Positions 60,462-64,000 of a DNA stretch of 64,000 nt are shown here, piece after piece. Source of the DNA: a virus; IMG/VR virus record IMGVR_UViG_3300044629_000431, positions 32,001 through 96,000 of that record. One strand, given 5' to 3'. The notes below the pieces were generated by a model. The model saw only the letters and a list, made by a program, of their open reading frames with translations. It did not search any database and had not been told where the DNA came from. Every line of letters starts with the position of its first letter. Position 1 is the stretch's first letter. The translations under genes and the position numbers were made by a program.

Positions 60462-61111
60462 TTTTGTATTGAAAATGTATATGGTCCTGATTTGAATTTT
60501 GATGGAACAAAATTCATAGAGATAGAGACTCTTCCATTACCGATATTTATATCATACCCATGATCTAAATGAGATGACCAAAGAACCAAATCACCTTCTT
60601 CAATAAAGTCACAAACTATTTCTTTTTGATTGAATGCTGTTGTTTCCGCGATGTTCAAATCAAAAAATGGTTCTACGTGAAGATTAAGAAATGGATTCAA
60701 GAATATAAGTGTAGAATGAATAGATGGAATATAGTTTACATAATAAGTTGCAGATACAAATGAGTTTCCGTGACTATGAAATCTTTGAAACCCATTTTTA
60801 TAGCAAGTGTTTATCCAGCAGTCAGTAATAATCAAATCATCCTCAAGGTCATATCCCATCACCCCCCTCACAAATCCATATGAAGACTCAAGCAAAAACT
60901 CTTTAAAGTCTTCATCATTGATATAATCAAAGAAACCTTTTTCTAGTTCGGAAGAATTAAAGAAATGTTTAAGTTCTGGAGAAGTAATACCATCAACTTC
61001 TAGTTCTTTATTTTCTTTAATAAAGTCTAGAATTTTATCTTTAAACTCATTACGCTTTGGATATTGTACCTTTGCAATAGGAACTGGAAATAAAGGATAT
61101 ACGCCTAGCAT
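60458..61111 (-). CDS. 2OG-Fe(II) oxygenase (TIGR02466-like)
   Basis: LFP.PI, CWIN, HSH.NS..S..YY, EGDL.L.S..L.H, R.SIS.N. Confidence 0.88.
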   Translation of the reverse strand: MLGVYPLFPVPIAKVQYPKRNEFKDKILDFIKENKELEVDGITSPELKHFFNSSELEKGFFDYINDEDFKEFLLESSYGFVRGVMGYDLEDDLIITDCWINTCYKNGFQRFHSHGNSFVSATYYVNYIPSIHSTLIFLNPFLNLHVEPFFDLNIAETTAFNQKEIVCDFIEEGDLVLWSSHLDHGYDINIGNGRVSISMNFVPSKFKSGPYTFSIQK

Positions 61112-61124
61112 ACTTTAAAAAGAT

Positions 61125-61162
61125 AATACCAGTACTATAAACTAGCACTGGTATTTTGTCAA
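61125..61162 (-). promoter_or_regulatory. TTGACA-17-TATAGT promoter overlapped by a 9-bp inverted repeat
   Basis: AATACCAGT (61125) and ACTGGTATT (61147) flank the -10 box. Confidence 0.7.
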
Positions 61163-64000
61163 CCTATTTTCTTTTCCAGAGCATCTACCTTAGCAGAGAG
61201 TTCCTTGATAGCTTCGATAAGCAGAGGAACAATCTTCTCATACTGAACAGTGATGTAGTCTCCACTTACAGGTGCTGGTTTGACTGCCTCAGGAAGAACT
61301 GCCTGAACTTGTTGTGCAGAAACACCAACGTGAGTTTCTTCAGTATTAAAACCAAGTGAACCAGCGGTTTCATTGAATGTATAAGTGAAACCACTTAACT
61401 GAAGAACTTTATCGAGTGCATTCTCAAGAGGTTGAATGTTTGTCTTGAGTCTTTCGTCAGAAACGAAAGCAATGACATCACCAGTTGCACTGAACTCACC
61501 AGTGACTCTAGCACCATCAGAACGGGTATTGATTCTAACTGTGTTGTCATGATAGAGGTTGATTGCACCATCAGCGACGGCATCAATCATGCTTTCGCCA
61601 GTATACTTCTGAATGTATACTCCACCATTTCCACGAATGAATAGTGAACCAGTTCCTCTATCATCAATATAACTGTTCGAACCATCATGGAATAGATCAA
61701 GGTCATCACTATCACCAAGATACAGGTGATCGTTATCACCAAATCTTATGGTTCCATTAGCAGTAATATTTCCAGTAATCGTTGCAACTCCAGCAACGTT
61801 GAGGTTTCCACAGATATTCAGATTCTTAGCAATACCTGCACCACCAGCAACAACTAAGGCACCAGTCGTGCAACTGGTAGACTCGGTGGTTCCAGCAATA
61901 GTTTGAACGCCACCAATGTTCAGGTTCTTCTCAACACCTAGACCACCTTCAAGAACCAGAGAACCAGTATCCTTGCTTGTTGATTGTGTTGTTCCATTTA
62001 CTGTGACATCACCACCAACATTCAGGTTCTTTTCAATACCAACACCACCATCAACAATCAGAGCTCCAGTGTCTTTGTTTGTTGATTGAGTTGTATTTGT
62101 AATTTCTACAGTATTGTTAACTTTCAGAGCACCATTGATTTGAACATCATCATTCATCTTCAACTCTTGGTTGAAGGTGACAGGACCATCAAACTGTGAA
62201 AGAATCTGACCAGAGTTTCCACCTTCAACAAGAATTCTTTCCTTGACAATAACTTCATCAAATACAACAGAAAGACGTGAAGGATCTTGTCCAGTTATGG
62301 TTGGAACTGGAATATCAAAAGTAATTTGCTCACCAGACTGTGCAGAATACTTGGTATTTCCAATAAAGAAGTCGCCATCGCTGTTCATACCAGTGTAAAT
62401 AACAGAACCGCAAGAACTTTCTTGAGACTGAGCAAGGAAGTCTTCTCTTTCAGTCAGAGTTCTGTTCTGAACCTGTGGTAGACCAGTTGAGTAGTTACCT
62501 GGTCCATATCCCATATATTCAAAAGTATGACCAGATGCACGAACAATCGATGGTCTACGAAGTTCAATAGGTACGGGTTTGATCTTGCGAATCATAGACC
62601 CTGAAGTATGGTTCTCTTTCAGAGTACCCATCGCTCCACGAATGACCTGGATTTCATCGTTTCCAGAACCAGACAGCGTGCTGCTGGTGATTCTCATAAT
62701 CTCATTATTGATTTGAATATAAGAACCAAGTGGGAATCTTCTTGTGGTTCCAATACCAGCATTTGGTACGCTTACCTTGAACTGAGTATCATTTGTAATA
62801 GTTTGTCCAAGAGTCAGAACTTCATTCTGATAGAGAGAAACACCTCTAGTTCCAAGATTTTCACCAAGTGAATCTGATGTTGCTTCGTTTGCAGAAAGTG
62901 CGTGCTTTAAGAGTTTTACTGAAGCAGGAATACTCTTTCTCGTTTTGGATGTGAATGATGTTGGTGAAATAAGTTCATTAACAACAAAGTCTCCAAGATT
63001 ATTATGAGAAGAGTCAAGAACTCTAAACTTATTACCTGCTACAAGACCGTGAGGAGTTCCACAAACAAAAGTCGAAATACCCGTTGCTGAATCGTAAGAT
63101 GGAGCAGAGCTAACATTGATTGAAGGGGCAATGTTAACGAAGTACTGACCTACAACAATACTTGGATCTCCAGAAGTTTGACCAACGGCAATTTGATTCT
63201 TAGCAGGAATATCAAGAACTCTATAGTATCCATCTGTGACTGTACCAAGTCCAGTAAACTGAACTGAGTTTCCAATAGATGTTGAAATACCAGAAGTTGC
63301 AATGGTAATAGCAGCACTTGGAGAACCACCAATTTGGTTGCTATCAAGATATAGTGTTTCACCAGTGGTGTATCCGGAACCACCAGTAATAATATCTAAG
63401 GAAGTAACTGAACCACCAGCAGATACAACTACCTTTGCAGTTGCACCATCCCAGTTTGTAAGAGTATTTTCATTATAAAGTTTGACGTTATAGTAGGTTC
63501 CTGGATTATGACCAGTTCCAGCAGTCAATGCATTGTAAGTTACAACACCATTCAGTTGATGCTCTCTGTTAAAGGTAACAGTGGTAATACCAGAAGAGGA
63601 GGTTGTGATGCCAGTTACAATTGGACTTAAACCAAAGTAATGGAAGAACTTATCAACTGTTTCTCTAGTGATACTCTTTCTCAGATCGTTAGTTACGGTC
63701 TTACCAAGAGGATCTCTGTAGGCAAAAGTGACCGATGCCGCAGGGTTCTCATTTACATTATCCTTATCCAACTGAGGATAAAGATCGACAACACTCTGAG
63801 AATACTTAAGGTTGGTAAACTCAGTTTGAATTGCATTAGAAGAGTTTAACAGATAAACGTGATATACACCATCTTGTGTATTGTAGATGTATGGTGTGAT
63901 AACCTCACTTCTGTAAACAAAGAAGTTTCCTTTCAGGTCGTTTCTTTCAAAGCGAGGAAGTGAAACCGTTCTGTTATTTGTATTATTAGTAAATGCACCT
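61159..64000 (-). CDS. Long tail fibre with a C-terminal peptidase S74 intramolecular chaperone (5' end beyond the window)
   Basis: Frame stays open to 64000; three TQST..TGAL.V.GG.GI.KNL repeats; SDERLK..GVSAQ.V..VLPEAV..Y..IVPLLIEAIKEL. Confidence 0.9.
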   Translation of the reverse strand, partial: GAFTNNTNNRTVSLPRFERNDLKGNFFVYRSEVITPYIYNTQDGVYHVYLLNSSNAIQTEFTNLKYSQSVVDLYPQLDKDNVNENPAASVTFAYRDPLGKTVTNDLRKSITRETVDKFFHYFGLSPIVTGITTSSSGITTVTFNREHQLNGVVTYNALTAGTGHNPGTYYNVKLYNENTLTNWDGATAKVVVSAGGSVTSLDIITGGSGYTTGETLYLDSNQIGGSPSAAITIATSGISTSIGNSVQFTGLGTVTDGYYRVLDIPAKNQIAVGQTSGDPSIVVGQYFVNIAPSINVSSAPSYDSATGISTFVCGTPHGLVAGNKFRVLDSSHNNLGDFVVNELISPTSFTSKTRKSIPASVKLLKHALSANEATSDSLGENLGTRGVSLYQNEVLTLGQTITNDTQFKVSVPNAGIGTTRRFPLGSYIQINNEIMRITSSTLSGSGNDEIQVIRGAMGTLKENHTSGSMIRKIKPVPIELRRPSIVRASGHTFEYMGYGPGNYSTGLPQVQNRTLTEREDFLAQSQESSCGSVIYTGMNSDGDFFIGNTKYSAQSGEQITFDIPVPTITGQDPSRLSVVFDEVIVKERILVEGGNSGQILSQFDGPVTFNQELKMNDDVQINGALKVNNTVEITNTTQSTNKDTGALIVDGGVGIEKNLNVGGDVTVNGTTQSTSKDTGSLVLEGGLGVEKNLNIGGVQTIAGTTESTSCTTGALVVAGGAGIAKNLNICGNLNVAGVATITGNITANGTIRFGDNDHLYLGDSDDLDLFHDGSNSYIDDRGTGSLFIRGNGGVYIQKYTGESMIDAVADGAINLYHDNTVRINTRSDGARVTGEFSATGDVIAFVSDERLKTNIQPLENALDKVLQLSGFTYTFNETAGSLGFNTEETHVGVSAQQVQAVLPEAVKPAPVSGDYITVQYEKIVPLLIEAIKELSAKVDALEKKIG

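Noticed and set aside
61159-63771. ORF-track start of the tail fibre at 63771
   Set aside because: The frame is open to the window edge, so the true start is upstream.
51422-64000. Diversity-generating retroelement or invertible tail-fibre cassette
   Set aside because: No reverse transcriptase, invertase, or template/variable repeat pair is visible.
1-64000. tRNA or rRNA genes
   Set aside because: No convincing T-loop or cloverleaf signature was seen by eye; tRNAscan-SE would settle this.

Overview
A 64-kb segment of a T4-like cyanomyovirus genome (Kyanoviridae-type). The host is probably a picocyanobacterium, inferred from cp12, speD and cyanophage-type baseplate and fibre genes. Nearly all genes are on the minus strand. 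(1) 1-17.8 kb: late structural module with a partial VrlC/DUF4815-like virion protein, gp8, a 3969-aa gp7, gp6 and gp25. (2) 17.8-20.6 kb: conserved accessory genes (speD, ATP-grasp-like, GT2-like, AbrB-like). (3) 20.8-26.6 kb: an array of tiny genes, very GC-rich at its left end, most with their own repeated promoter module (a 24-bp palindrome about 29 bp upstream of a -10 box, often with a stem-loop between). It includes a KxDG ligase-like protein and a SAM-lyase-like protein. (4) 26.6-28.4 kb: an unusual control-like locus with about 33-bp-phased CTCGWCGAG repeats, clustered GATC and CTAG sites, two 11-8-11 inverted-repeat sites, divergent promoters and an AT-rich tract. Next to it is the only credible plus-strand gene, a GIY-YIG protein that appears to lack its catalytic residues. 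(5) 28.4-51.4 kb: many small genes, including a HicA-like protein, a Dam-family methylase with a PD-(D/E)XK nuclease, a HEXXH peptidase, CP12, a cupin, a HiPIP with a T4 capsid-targeting-like leader, and an SF2 helicase. (6) 51.4-64 kb: two tail-fibre genes bracketing a Gly-rich adhesin and an AT-rich cassette of eight putative tailoring genes (four 2OG-Fe(II) oxygenases, two paralogous methyltransferases, two paralogous unknown proteins). No tRNA, rRNA or CRISPR array was seen. All family assignments come from motif recognition by eye, not database searches.
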